A stretch of 64,000 bases of DNA from Azolla caroliniana. Lineage: Eukaryota; Plantae; Polypodiophyta. Made by a program: the position numbers and the translations under genes. The stretch's first letter is position 1. Every line of letters begins with the position of its first letter. Below, in pieces: positions 16,736 through 29,170 of the stretch. The notes beneath the pieces are model-generated. The model made no database searches and was not told the origin of the DNA. It was given only the letters and a program-made list of their open reading frames with translations. The stretch lies in NCBI GenBank assembly GCA_043228905.1, contig JBHGNT010000005.1, forward strand, positions 2,976,001 to 3,040,000. Direction: 5' to 3'.

Positions 16736-17015
16736 AATAAATTTTGGACGCCTCTCCTTAGTAAACCTAGAATTAGTAGGATCCACAACCCCTCTAATTA
16801 TTCCCTCTCTAAACATGAGACACAACTCCTTAGCCTAGGTTTGAAACACATCCTCCCATCTTCTCCACCATCATCAATAAATTTTGGACGCCTCTCCTTA
16901 GTAAACCTAGAATTAGTAGGATCCACAACCCCTCTAATTATTCCCTCTCTAAACATGAGACACAACTCCTTAGCCTAGGTTTGAAACACATCCTCCCATC
17001 TTCTCCACCATCATC
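16736..17015 (+). repeat. Apparently exact 140-bp tandem duplication inside the PLE ORF (16736-16875 and 16876-17015)
   Basis: AATAAATTTTGGACGCC...CCACCATCATC occurs twice head-to-tail. 140 is not a multiple of 3, so it shifts the frame. Confidence 0.95.
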
Positions 17016-18850
17016 CCCTACCCTACTTCAAGAATTTGAAAGCCTAAGTAGGACCCTTCGACTTAAACATTTTTTCAAAGATGTGAATAATTCGCCCCAA
17101 AATCCCTTTAAGCTACCTAACCCTAGTTGGCAACCTCCTACTAAGTACATTCCCCTAGAAAACATTATAGCTAAACACCAAACTATCTTTAGGGACACAC
17201 TTCATACAGTCAAATTAAAACCCACTAGGATTGCACCTCACTTATCACTAGTTGTACAATCTCTTAAGAAAAACAACAAAATCATAATCCTACCTGCTGA
17301 CAAAAATGTTGGAGTGTGTGTTCTTGATAAGGACACGTACTATAACAAAGCTATAGAACACCTTTCCGATACTAATACATATAAAAAAGTCTCCTACTAT
17401 CCACTTGAGGAGTTATCCTATAGATTGAGAAGCATTGTTAATAACCATCTTGGTACCCTATCCAACATAGAAGCCAACTACATACTACATAAACCCTCAA
17501 AAGGGTACCAAGTATGCAATATATATTTCCTCCCAAAACTCCATAAAAACCCAATAGGTTTTAGACCTATTTGCTCATACAATAACTCCCTTTTTGAACA
17601 AACATCAAAATGGCTTCACCACCAACTCATGCCTATCCTTCTCCTTCAGAAGCAATATTTGAAAGACTCGTATTCCCTTGTCCAGACTTTAGAACATCTC
17701 AACCCACCCCCTAATAGCTTTATCTTTACCTTTGATGTTGAATCTTTATATCCCAGCATACCCCCTAAGTTAGAACTTCAAGCTTTACGAAAAATGATTA
17801 CCCCACATTTTTCATCTTCTAAAACTAACCTTATCTATACACTTAGTGCACTCACATTAGAATATCACTTTCTATCCTTTGATAACATGATTTATCAACA
17901 AGTCAAGGGTACGACCATGGGTAGTAATTTTTCTGTAGTTTATGCATGCCTATTCTTAGCTCACTTAGAGAACTCCCAACCATCACACCCTAATTTTTTC
18001 TATTTCATTAGATATATAGGTGATGCATTCGGGATATGGACGGGTACTAAACCCGAATTGGAAAATTATCTCCACCTCCACTAATAATTACATCAAAATT
18101 ACCATAACCACTTCTCCCTTTAGATTACCGTTCTTAGATTTATGGATTAACCTAAAGAATTCACATTTCTCCTTTAATTGCTACCAAAAGCCCCAAAATG
18201 CCTACCAATATCTCTCATTCTCGTCAGTTCACCCCCTTCACTTAAAATGTCATTTTATTATTAATGAACAAAAACGATACCTAATTAGAGAAAGTACCCC
18301 CTTAGGTTTTCTTCGAATGAAAAAACTATTTTCTAGTAGATTAGTTAAGAGAGGATATCCCCTTTCTTTTATATTAGAGAATTATAAAAAGGTCTTATTT
18401 AGCGCTAGGAAATCACTTGTATTTGGTAGAAAACCTAAAAGTACCCTTATACCTGTCATCTTCAAACTTAGGTATACGAAAGATACCCCTAGATTAGGAA
18501 TTCACGACATGCTAGAAAACCTCCACGCAGATTTAGCCACACATACCCAACTATCCGAACTACTGTGACCCTTCATATGTTGGACTAAGTCTAAGTCCAT
18601 TCATTCCCTTCTCGTCAAAACTAAATATAAATCCATAAATACTCCCACTTAATACTATATTCCTTTTATATCCCACCCCTATAATCCCCCTCTTCTTAGA
18701 GCCCACCCCCACCGATCACTTATCATATACATACATATAACCCCCCTCTAGCCCACTTTCACTTATCAATCCTTTGCCTATCACGATTCCCCGTTTCCCT
18801 CTCTCCCCTCATTAAACTCCTATTCTATCTCTCTCTCTCTCTCTTCCCCT

Positions 18851-18858
18851 TATATAAA
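18851..18858 (+). promoter_or_regulatory. TATA box upstream of the PLE hammerhead
   Basis: TATATAAA starts 28 nt before the hammerhead stem I and follows a CT-rich tract. Confidence 0.45.
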
Positions 18859-18878
18859 CCTACCCTCTTGTTGTAAAT

Positions 18879-18930
18879 GACCTTGGCACTGATGAGCTCT
18901 ACCTAGAGCGAAACTAGTTTGCACATGGTC
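18879..18930 (+). ncRNA. Minimal type I hammerhead ribozyme (PLE-associated)
   Basis: GACC-TTG-GCA | CTGATGA | GCTCT-acct-AGAGC (stem II) | GAAA-C-TA-G-T-T | TGC-ACAT-GGTC. Both core boxes are present. Stem I is GCA/TGC plus GACC/GGTC, and the stem III region AAACTAGTTT is a palindrome. Confidence 0.85.
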
Positions 18931-20798
18931 TTTCTAATGAAATTTTCTTAAGCTTTTCTTTTTTTTCTCACTCACTCTTCTCTTCTTCTTTCATCTCATT
19001 CTCTTTTACTCTTGTTCACCTCTAATCCTACTCAACTCAGTTTCACTTGCATCATTGCTTTATTTCTTTTCTTACTCTTCTCATATCATCTCAATAGTTG
19101 TTGCTCGTTCGTTCGCACTCCTTGTCACAACAAACGGTAGAGGATCTAAAAGGCGTATACTCTATGTTCTTTTTGGGGAATTCCCACCAAATGTGGTTTT
19201 TGAGCAATATTAAGGAAATTCATGAATTAGTCGACAACGTGATTTGTGTGAAACGCCCCTTCGTGCTCGTTGAGAAGGAAAAATAATGAGAAGTATTGCT
19301 TTGTTTTGCTAAACTTGTAATTTATGGCTATAAGATGATATTGCCTTCTTTCATGATCTTTGAAAATTTTTTAATTCTAAATTCCCATAGTCAATTCTTT
19401 GTGCAATCTAAGTTGCATTCAAGATTCACATATAGTAATCCACGAACATTCTGTTGAAAGTACAAAAGAGGAACTACGACATTAATTTTCTTTTATAATG
19501 AATGCAACACTATAGTATACAAAGGGTCAAACACTTTAGCCCCCGTTGCAAGTTGTAAGATACAATGTTTATAATTGCACCATCATATGTTTATTGCTAG
19601 ATAAAGTTGGGCGTAGTTGATAAGATCAATTAAACCCAATGACAATTTTCACTATTGGCGATATGTAATATATTGAATACCATTTACTATTCAACTATTT
19701 TCTTGAATAGTATGATGCAATAGAAATATATTTCTTTGACTTTAATAGTCATGTGCCATTGTAACAAGATGTTGCATAAAGATTTCTTCTCTTACACACA
19801 AAGGAAATGTCATCTTCCATTTCCAACTCAGCCAAAACAAAGTTTTCTTCATTCAAACCTAGTAAGCCCGCCTTGACAATCTACAATTCCTTGTATTAAA
19901 AGAATCTTATATGACATATGAAGGTGGGAATATGCTTCAAGTTTATGACAATAAGAAAGCATGTTTTAAAAGGTATAAGAAGTGGGAGAGGACTTTTAAA
20001 AAAAGAATGATAAATTTGGAAGAAAGACGGACGTTAGATGAGGCCCAAAATTCCTCTTCTTTTGTGTCCACCCACGAGTGGAGAGAAACCATACTATAGA
20101 TATACATATATGGGGGGAGAAAGAAAGATATATCAACATCTTCTAAGACCAAAATTGGCCCATGAGATAATTGGTTTATTGCAAAATGTGGTGTTTACCC
20201 AATCATCGAAAATAAAAATAAAATAGAGCTTAAGCTAAAAGAGTTCTAGTATTGTACAAAACATGTTATGGTATAACATATTCTATAGAGGAAATGACTT
20301 TGTACTAAGCCTAGTTTCATTTCCATCCAAGTCTCTCAAAAAGAAGAGGGAGGTCAAAGGATTTCAATGTGGGTGTGGCTTGTGGTCCCAATGCAGAAGG
20401 TACCCCAACCATAGCTTATGGGTGGTGTAACTCACGTTCCCTTATCTTCTCAATTGCTTTTACACCACATTGAGTTGGTTTGAAGCTCGGCATTTGAGGG
20501 CGTTTGGGAGAGAGAGAATGAGTGAGAGAGTGTGTGTTTGTTCCTTAGAAGGCTTTGGAAAGATGTACTGCATATAAGCCATATGAAGTTCTCGACTGCC
20601 TAAAACAACATGATTTTGTGCCATCCTTGGGCTCGTTTTTGTCACAATTAAACCTTGGAGTCTAATATCAAAAGAAATGTGAATGTTTGTATTCAGACAA
20701 ACTACTATGCTTTTCTAGGTAATAACCACAACATTTGTGCATGCGAAAACCTCATATGTTTTTTGTGAAGAACACCTGTTAATCAATCAACGGAAACT

Positions 20799-20801
<3 letters not shown>

Positions 20802-20830
<29 letters not shown>
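20802..20830. repeat. (GA)n microsatellite
   Basis: Seen directly. Confidence 0.9.
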
Positions 20831-20835
<5 letters not shown>

Positions 20836-21720
20836 CAAAACAAATTATGGGTATATTTGATTGAGGATTTTGTGAAAAACTTGGTTGGTATAATACAAAG
20901 TAAGCAAAATGTGATGCCCATGAAACGATTTTTACTTAACTTCCCTTGTATACGCCTCTTCCGACAAGCCCCCAAACCCTAAACTTGGTCAGTGTATTAT
21001 TGCATAATGAACGCGTGAAATTGTGTCCCCTCTCCACCCTTGAAGGGTTTTCTTTATTTCTTCACGTAGTACCTAGTACAGGTCATACTAATGGCAAGCC
21101 AATCAAGCATAAGAGATTAAGGAGAATAATAAATAGATCAAGGGTGTTGAATCACACCAAGCACCTCTGAGTGAAGGACATGAGAGGAACATAAATTACC
21201 ATATAAGTGTTCCATACCACCGAATATTACCTTATGTTATACCTCAGATGGTGAATGACAGATATGGAGAAGAGAGCGTAGCCTTACCAATAGAGTTCTT
21301 GACAATGTCTGAAGATGCCAAGACATGAAGGGGGTAGTGAGTCCCCTATATATATATATATATGGGTTAGGGTTCCAGGGCACTATGGTGTTGCCTCCCA
21401 AGTGTTTATAGGTGTTTGTCCCGGTTCCTAGGATAACCAGTCTCCCCTCCCCCCGACTATACAAACCTCTCAACCGATCAACATTAGCTATAGAAAAATT
21501 GGTCCTCTCGTGTGAAAGAGTCTCTTTCATTTCGATCTTCCCTCATCCATTATGTATGTATATAGAAGAAAAGGTGGGGGGTGGAGGCTTCAAACAAAAT
21601 ACATAAATAAAATAAAGGAGACCAAAATTCAGAAAAAGAGAATTTAGTGGAGATAATGTATGTAATGCAAATGAAGATCATATATTTTTTTTCTGTGCGT
21701 GAACGCGCGCATTCATACGG

Positions 21721-21729
21721 AAACCCTAA
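21721..21729 (+). promoter_or_regulatory. Telo-box (AAACCCTAA) upstream of glycyl-tRNA synthetase
   Basis: Exact AAACCCTAA about 120 bp upstream of the ATG. Telo-boxes are typical of plant translation-machinery genes. Confidence 0.55.
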
Positions 21730-21843
21730 AAAGAGCTCAATCCCCCCCACCACAGGCCACAAGGAAACGGGAGATATCAGACGAGCAGCAGAAGCAGAAG
21801 CAGAAGCAGTAAGAAGAAGAAGAAGAAGAAAGAGGACACAGTA

Positions 21844-24800
21844 ATGGCAGGAGCATCGGCAGCCGAGATAGAGAGGATGAGGCTGGCGTTGGTCGAGAAA
21901 CAGGAGGCCATCGATCACCAAGCCTCCTTGGTCCGATCCCTCAAAGCCTCTCACTCCGCAGTAGCTGCATCAATCCAATCGGAAGCTTCTTCTGAATCTT
22001 CGTTTACGAGCCACGGCGAGGTTGAAGCTGCCGTTTCTCTCCTCCAACAACTCAAGCTGGACCTTCAGTCTGCTTCCAAGGAATTCGCCTCTGCCGTGTC
22101 CGGAAATGGTCCCGTTTTGAGCTCCGAAACGTTCCGCAAGAACGTGAACAAAACCCTGGAGAGCAGGCTCTTCATCATCCCTTCTTTCCAGATCTATGGG
22201 GGCGTCTCAGGACTCTACGACTATGGACCTCCTGGCTGTGCTGTGAAAGCAAACGTTTTGGCCTTCTGGAGACAGGTATGTATTATCTATGTCTACTTGT
22301 GGAAGAATAGTCACTTATTTTGCAATCATGCTTGGTGAACTTGATCGAATTTTGTTTTTGTGCGTCATTCCACAGTATGATAATCCATGTGCAACTAACC
22401 TTTCTGTATGTGGAAGAGAACTATCACGAAGCCAAATACGTGCTGACTCTATAATATCTCTTTGTAAATGTTCTTTCCAATATTTTGCACTATTCTCTCG
22501 TATCATAATCCATGTGGAAGTTTGTGTTAGATAGAACCTCTGTAACGACAATTAAATTCTCAACTGTCCATCCTTCTTAATGCAGTAAAAGTTCAGGCAA
22601 ATGGTAATTGAAATCTAGATATGAAAATTGCATCTTTTTGCTTTGGAGGATGAGATAGGAGAGCTTCTTTTACTATTATCAGGATTCAAGCAATCCATAT
22701 TCCTATATAATCTTTGCCGTTGCAATCAAGGTTTTGATTTCATACTGTTTTGGTGTGCTCTAATGAAGACCAAAATCCAATTTATGTAGAATCACACTAA
22801 TCACCATCAATTTTTCAGTTTATCATATTCTGGATCAAAGGTTCAGGGAGAATCTCTTACATCTTTCAAGATTTGTTCTGCATTGTTTTTGTATGTGATA
22901 ATTCAGATGAAAGACTGCTGTATGTGTCTCAATCGAGATTCTACCTAAATCATGCTTTTATACATGAATCCATATGAAATTTTAACTTTAGATACAATCA
23001 CTGTAAATGCAATGAATTTTTTTAGGAATTTGCTTGTTATTTCTTATATAATAAGGCAAATTAACTATATTTAGGAACATCTTTAGTGATAGTCAGAATT
23101 GCACGTGTTCATTGTTCTCTCATATTATAAACGGGATGAATGTTTGTTTTGGGCGGGTTATTTGTTATAATGGCTCTGGACCAGTCAAGGATGATATTCA
23201 CGCTTATGCCTAATGTTTTGCAGCATTTTGTTTTGGAGGAAGGAATGCTGGAAGTAGACTGTCCTTGTGTAACACCTCATGCAGTCTTGAAAGCTTCAGG
23301 CCATGTTGACAGGTTTACTGATCTTATGGTAAAGGATGAAAATTCTGGCCAGTGCTACAGAGCTGACCATTTGCTGAAAGATTATTGCAAGGAAAACCTG
23401 GAGAAAGATCTGTTGATGTCAGGAGATAAAAGGAAAGAGTTGAAACATGTGCTCGCTGTACTTGATGAGCTTAGTGCAGAAGAGCTTGGCGCAAAACTCA
23501 AACAGTATGGGATTGTTGCCCCTGACACAAAGAATGCACTCTCGGATCCATTTCCATTCAACCTGATGTTTGCTACCTCAATTGGCCCTACTGGTCTTCT
23601 TCAAGGGTATGATTTTGTTTTCTATTAAGCGTGCTAGTGAGAATTTTCTATTGCTTCTTAAATGGAATTAGCCATTGATTCTTGCTAGTGAGACCTTTGA
23701 ATTCTTTGAAATGGTTCCGTGAAAAGAAGCCATTGGCTCATGTTCATCCGGGGGCTTGTATTTCGCATTCTTCATTTTATTTCTGCAAAACCAACACTCA
23801 CATAGTTGTGCTATTACCTATATATGAGTTTTAGGCTACTGCTATTAGCTTACATTTGTATGCTTTATATAAAAGCATTTCAGAATTTATTGCATTATTA
23901 TTTTTGTTTTCGTGAAGATCTTTAGAACCTGTGCTTGCTTTGGCACAAGCATAGATACTCAAGATTCCCACCTGAAACTTGCTGACATTAGCTTTACCCA
24001 ACTTGGTTTGAGGTCCTTTCCTATGCTTGCAGATTTTAAATCTCTTCATTTTGATCCTTCCTTTCCTCCTTTCTGGCCATTTTTCATCCTTCCTTTTCCC
24101 CTTTTTGAGTGGTTAGAATTTTGTTTGTTTATGTTCTACACTTTTATTTGGATAGAGATTTATACAAAAAGCATGGTAAGTATGTAGATAACTAATTGAA
24201 ACGAGCATATGAGTTTTATCCATTATCTTTATTCATGAATGTCACTTCGTTCTTATCAGATATTTGAGGCCAGAAACAGCTCAGGGTATTTTTGTTAATT
24301 TTAAGGATTTATACTACTATAATGGTAGTAAACTTCCATTTGCTGCAGCTCAAATTGGGCAAGCATTTAGAAATGAGGTATTCCTAGTCCATAGGTATTG
24401 CTTGAATTCATGCTTGTAGTAGTAATAATTAGAACTTATAATCTACCTGTATTGACAGATTGCTCCAAGACAAGGTCTGTTAAGAGTCAGAGAATTTACG
24501 CTAGCTGAAATTGAGCATTTTGTTGACCCAGATGACAAGGCACATCCAAAATTTAAAGATGTGGCTAATTTAGAATTGTTGCTGTTTCCACGTGAGCAAC
24601 AAATGCAAGTCAAGGAACCGATATTGACTCGGCTTGGGGATGCAGTTGCCAAAGTAACATTAAACAACTTAATTTATTACCTATTTTTTAAATGAATAAC
24701 TATCTTAGTTAATGAATAGATGGTAAATCAATTCTAGTATATCAGAACTTAGAATATAGCTGTACTTTTTCAAATTTCATTTTAAGTATAAATATGTAAA

Positions 24801-26749
24801 TCAATAATTAATTATATATCTAAGCCCAATTTCTACCTAATTTTATGTCCTTTAAGTTCTTCTATGGTAATTAAGGTTAGATCATATGGGTACCAGCAAG
24901 CTTCCATACTTTTTTGCTGTTTTAAATTGTGGCATGGGTTTAATAATTGTGCTGTTTTCTCATCAATTTAGTCAGTAAAATACACTTCTTTCCACTTTTG
25001 AGAACTCCATGTTGGAGTGCTGCTGCAAAAGCATCATAGACGAATTTTATGAGCCTTGAATTTATTCCCATGCACTACGTGAATACTGAAGACCAGCACC
25101 TTCTGTTTTACAGGGGATTATCAACAATGAAACACTGGGTTATTTTATTGGCAGAACATATTTATTCCTTTCCATCCTTGGTATAGACAAAGAAAGGCTA
25201 CGGTTCAGGCAGCATTTGTTGAATGAGATGGCTCATTATGCAGCAGATTGCTGGGATGCTGAAATTGAATGCTCCTATGGGTGGATTGAATGTGTGGGTC
25301 TGGCAGATAGGTCTGCATATGATTTAAAAGCTCATACTGTAAGTTCTCTCTGTAGTTTTATATGCTTTGGAGGATCATATATTTGATAAAATATAATTAT
25401 GGCAATTAAGACTAATGAATTACTTGATCAGTACAGAATAATTGTGGATATCACTTCTTAGATGTGAATGATGAGGGTGTCCTATATAAGCTGAAGAGGT
25501 CATGTGTGCACTTAGTGCGAAAATATCCTACCTATTAATTGTGTTGCTTCTAATGTTCCTCCATGTTCTGGAAATCTCTTGCAACTCATCTGACTATATT
25601 AAAGTTTTAGGCTTAGGGATTTTGTCAAACGGTCTAGTTTGCTACATTGTAATGTTGTCATTTCGTTTTGTATAATTAATGCCTTAAATGATTCTGCCAC
25701 ATCAGTGAAAGACTTCTTATATAACTTGTGGATTCTTCATTCAGGAAAAAAGTAAGGTCGAACTTGTGGCACGAGAGAAATTTGCCGTTCCTAGAGAAGT
25801 TGAGGTTGGTTCTATTTGTACAAGCAGACTTATCCTCAATTTGTGTCTAATGTGTTTTGCCTATGTTGAATACTTGTAGGAACTCTCAATTCTACCTATC
25901 AAGAAAGAGACTGGGAGATTCTTTAAAGGGGATGCTCGTAAAGTTGAGGAAGCACTGGAGGTAATTACTGTTTGTCTCATTTTGAAATATCTTTTTTATT
26001 TATCTGTCTTAATTATTCTATGTTCATATTATCCGTTTCAGTTTTCCTGCTTTCATATCTATCTTTTTTATTCTCTCTATCTTCAATATATTGACTGATG
26101 CAATATTGGGTATGTGAAGGCCATGACAGAAATAGAAGCTTTGGAAATGAAAACAAAGCTTGATGCAGATGGTCAAGTTTTGTTTAAAGTTTGCACCCTT
26201 GATAAGGAGGTGCAAATCACTAAAAATATGGTCTCTATTTCAAAAGATGTTAAAAAATTGACTGGAAGAACATTCACCCCTTCAGTCATTGAGCCATCAT
26301 TTGGGATTGGTAGAATAATATATTGCTTATATGAGCATAGTTTCTACACTAGGCCAAGTAAGAGTGGTGAAGAGCAATGCAACGTCTTCAAATTCTCACC
26401 AGTAGTTGCTCCCATAAAATGCACAGTTTTCCCATTGGTTCAAAAGAAAGAGTATGAAACAACTGCCACTAGTCTCTCAAGACAACTTACAAGAGTGGGG
26501 CTTTCTTGCAAAATCGATACTACAGGTACATCTATTGGGAAGAGGTATGCTAGAACTGATGAAATAGGTGTGCCGTTTGCTGTTACTGTTGATTCTGAAG
26601 AGACGGTCACTGTGAGAGAGAGAGATTCGAAAGAACAGGTTAGAGTCCCAGTAGACCTCGTTCCTTCAGTGTTGAAGGATCTTTGTGATCGCCTTTTGAC
26701 TTGGGAGGAAGTAAAATCAGCATATGAAGTGGTACAAAATGCCATGTAA
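21844..26749 (+). CDS. GlyRS: Glycyl-tRNA synthetase, eukaryote-type alpha2, with a WHEP-like N-terminus. Exons 21844-22275, 23224-23606, 24260-24377, 24459-24653, 25114-25338, 25745-25804, 25880-25960, 26120-26749
   Basis: Motifs [94 protein letters not shown] and [13 protein letters not shown]. Confidence 0.96.
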
Positions 26750-29170
26750 TAAGTTCTTCCAAACCTGCTGCATATGAGGATTATTTTCCATATGATGCCT
26801 CAATTTTTTTTATAGATGTGCTGTTTCTCAGCATTTGACTGGTACTTTTCTATTTTTATCTTCTTGAGAACTCTTTACATTTTTGTTACCTCCATTAATC
26901 ATGAAGTGAGAACTTGTATATGAAGAAGAACCTTGTGATCAAAGTATAATCAATATGTATTTAAATATTTTGAGAGGTTTCTTATTTCTTGTTGATTATG
27001 AGAAAAAAAATTGCCCATTTGTTCTCATGATTTTTTCTTATTGATGATACAATTTACTCATCTCAGGAGTTAAAACGAATATGCTATAATCCATGCAAAT
27101 CACCAAAAATGAGCATGCCCTTGGCTTACCAAAAATAATAATGCCTTGGTCAAATAAAAGCATGGATCTGCCAAATTTTTAAAATTGAAGATGATGCCTT
27201 GGCTTAGATAGAGGTGCATTTTAGAAGCCACAATATTCATTTATGGCACTGAAAACATCCCAATTGGCTGCAATAATCTTCAACAGAAATTCTTTGCCTT
27301 TGACAGTTGGCATACATGTTGATCATACAGTTCATCCAAGAAACATTGCAATTTCACAAACCTCAACAACCAGGGATGACTATTTGAGCTTTTCATGAGC
27401 CCCCAAATTCCACAACTTTTTCATATAAATTTTTATAAACATAACTGTTCGAATTTTGTTTGTGCTACATGATTATCTTCCAAGATAGGTTTCTCAAAAC
27501 AGTACTTTGTGTCATGGTAACTGTGCCATGCACACTGGAAATTTGTAAAGCTACAGTTAGCAGAAGAGTTCCTTCTGATTCCTTCCTATTACCTCAAATT
27601 TCCAGCATTCAATTCTTTCCAATATTCTGATCTGTAATTTGACAGGATGCCAAGACCCATTCATAGGAATGCTCACAATAAATATTGGATAATGCTATGA
27701 CAGCAAGAGCAGCCATTTCAACATGAGAAACACCTGGTATGCATTAAATAGCATGGCATTCTTTGATAGAGCTCAATGAAGGGGTTTTTGCCTCAACGGA
27801 CATTTATAAACCCTAAATCTCCTAATTCATTTACATCAATCAATCTTAGTGAGGTTTAATCATTCTTGGCATATGGAATTTCCAATGGTCAGCAAGTATG
27901 ATGCTTCCAAATTGATTCTACATGTATCTTGTGTATATCTCATAGACAAGCCAAACCAATTGTTAATTTCCAAAGGCCCAATCAATACTCAGGAGTATTT
28001 AGCTGTGAAACAGGAATAGCCTAAAGCATGAAAAGGGTTCTAAATGATATGTTAGTTTCGAATCTTGATAAGTCAGATTGCTAACTTGGCTCATCTGTAA
28101 ATAGCTATTACACAGTTCCACTTTGGTAAACAATTTCAAAAGCATGAAGTCTAATACCATCTTGGTGAGATTTAAAACACTCCAAAAATAAGAACGGAAG
28201 GCACCACAAATTTATCCATCCAAACAATACACATTAGACTCATTATAAATTGGTATAAAGCAGATATCTAAATATATTAAACTACAGTGGAGGACATTTA
28301 GCAAGGCATAATGTGCCTGAGAAACCTTGTGACAAATACAATGAGTGCCCATTAATGCGAAAAACTTTACTGAAGCCAAAGAAACCTTGTGACAAGAATA
28401 TGTAGTCGTGGAATAACTATACCAAGAAAAAATCATGAAAGGCCCCGACTGATGAAATGATGACTCAGTCAAAATAAACCATTGTGTATGAACGAAACCG
28501 AAATGTATCACGACACACTTGTTATTCATAGAAAAAGAATATATATTTTGTTTGTCTTTGGGGGTCATAGAAAAAGAATAATCTAGCCCTTCAATGTCTT
28601 TGGGGGTCACAGCAGAAAAAAAGTGTTACAACAGTTACACAAAACTGTTCCCTCAAAACTGTTACTACAGCCCATGCACCATAAACGAAAGTATATGCAA
28701 ATACATAGGATCCCTAACCAGAGACAAAAGTTCTGTACATTCACAAGATAATATTTTTTGTCATGCCAAGCAACACAATCACCTATGCAGCTCTCGGTTT
28801 CACTATGTGAATATAATTTTCTACATATACAGCAATGATACAGTCAAATTAATTACTACAACCTCGCCTTTTGATGGCTAACCAGGCTAAAGCATAGTCC
28901 CTCTTCCATAACATCTATCAATGCTTTGCTAGCACATCTACATCAATATACTATTACAATGTGTACTCTTCAATGTGATGCATGATGTACATGCCATTTA
29001 ACCGAGGAGGTTTTGCATTTATGATAAAGCCCTTGGATTCACTGGCCCTCATTAGTGGATAGGAGTTCAGAATACAATGCCTGATCTGATCCATCTCTTT
29101 TGGCAGACAACCAATGCATCCAACTCTACCAGAGTAAAGAACTCAGAAATCACATCCTTACATTCATTGG

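Larger units (their letters stand above)
16661..18930 (+). mobile_element. Penelope-like retroelement (PLE), decayed. RT ORF at about 16661-18652 broken by frameshifts and a stop; hammerhead ribozyme in the 3' region
   Basis: PLE N-terminal motif NPSNYSLSKHETQLLSLGLK; ILPADKNVGVCVLDK (DKG-like); YFLPKLHKNPIGFRPICS; TFDVESLYPSIP; YQQVKGTTMGSNFS; RYIGD (normally YIDD); LPFLDL; YQKPQNAYQYLSFSSVHP; LVKRGYP. Element boundaries are approximate. Confidence 0.9.

Noticed and set aside
18566-18568. In-frame TGA in the PLE ORF as possible selenocysteine recoding, as proposed for Naiad PLEs
   Set aside because: Land plants lack selenocysteine machinery. The context fits a CGA-to-TGA decay mutation, and the ORF has other lesions.
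21647-21844. ORF whose stop overlaps the GlyRS start (TAATG)
   Set aside because: It is low complexity, its start codons probably lie upstream of the TSS, and it has no recognisable similarity.
28449-28500. Other CTGATGA matches (also near 3319, 13633, 26558, 31541 and 41493) as additional hammerheads
   Set aside because: None is followed by a stem II hairpin plus GAAA with a closing stem I.
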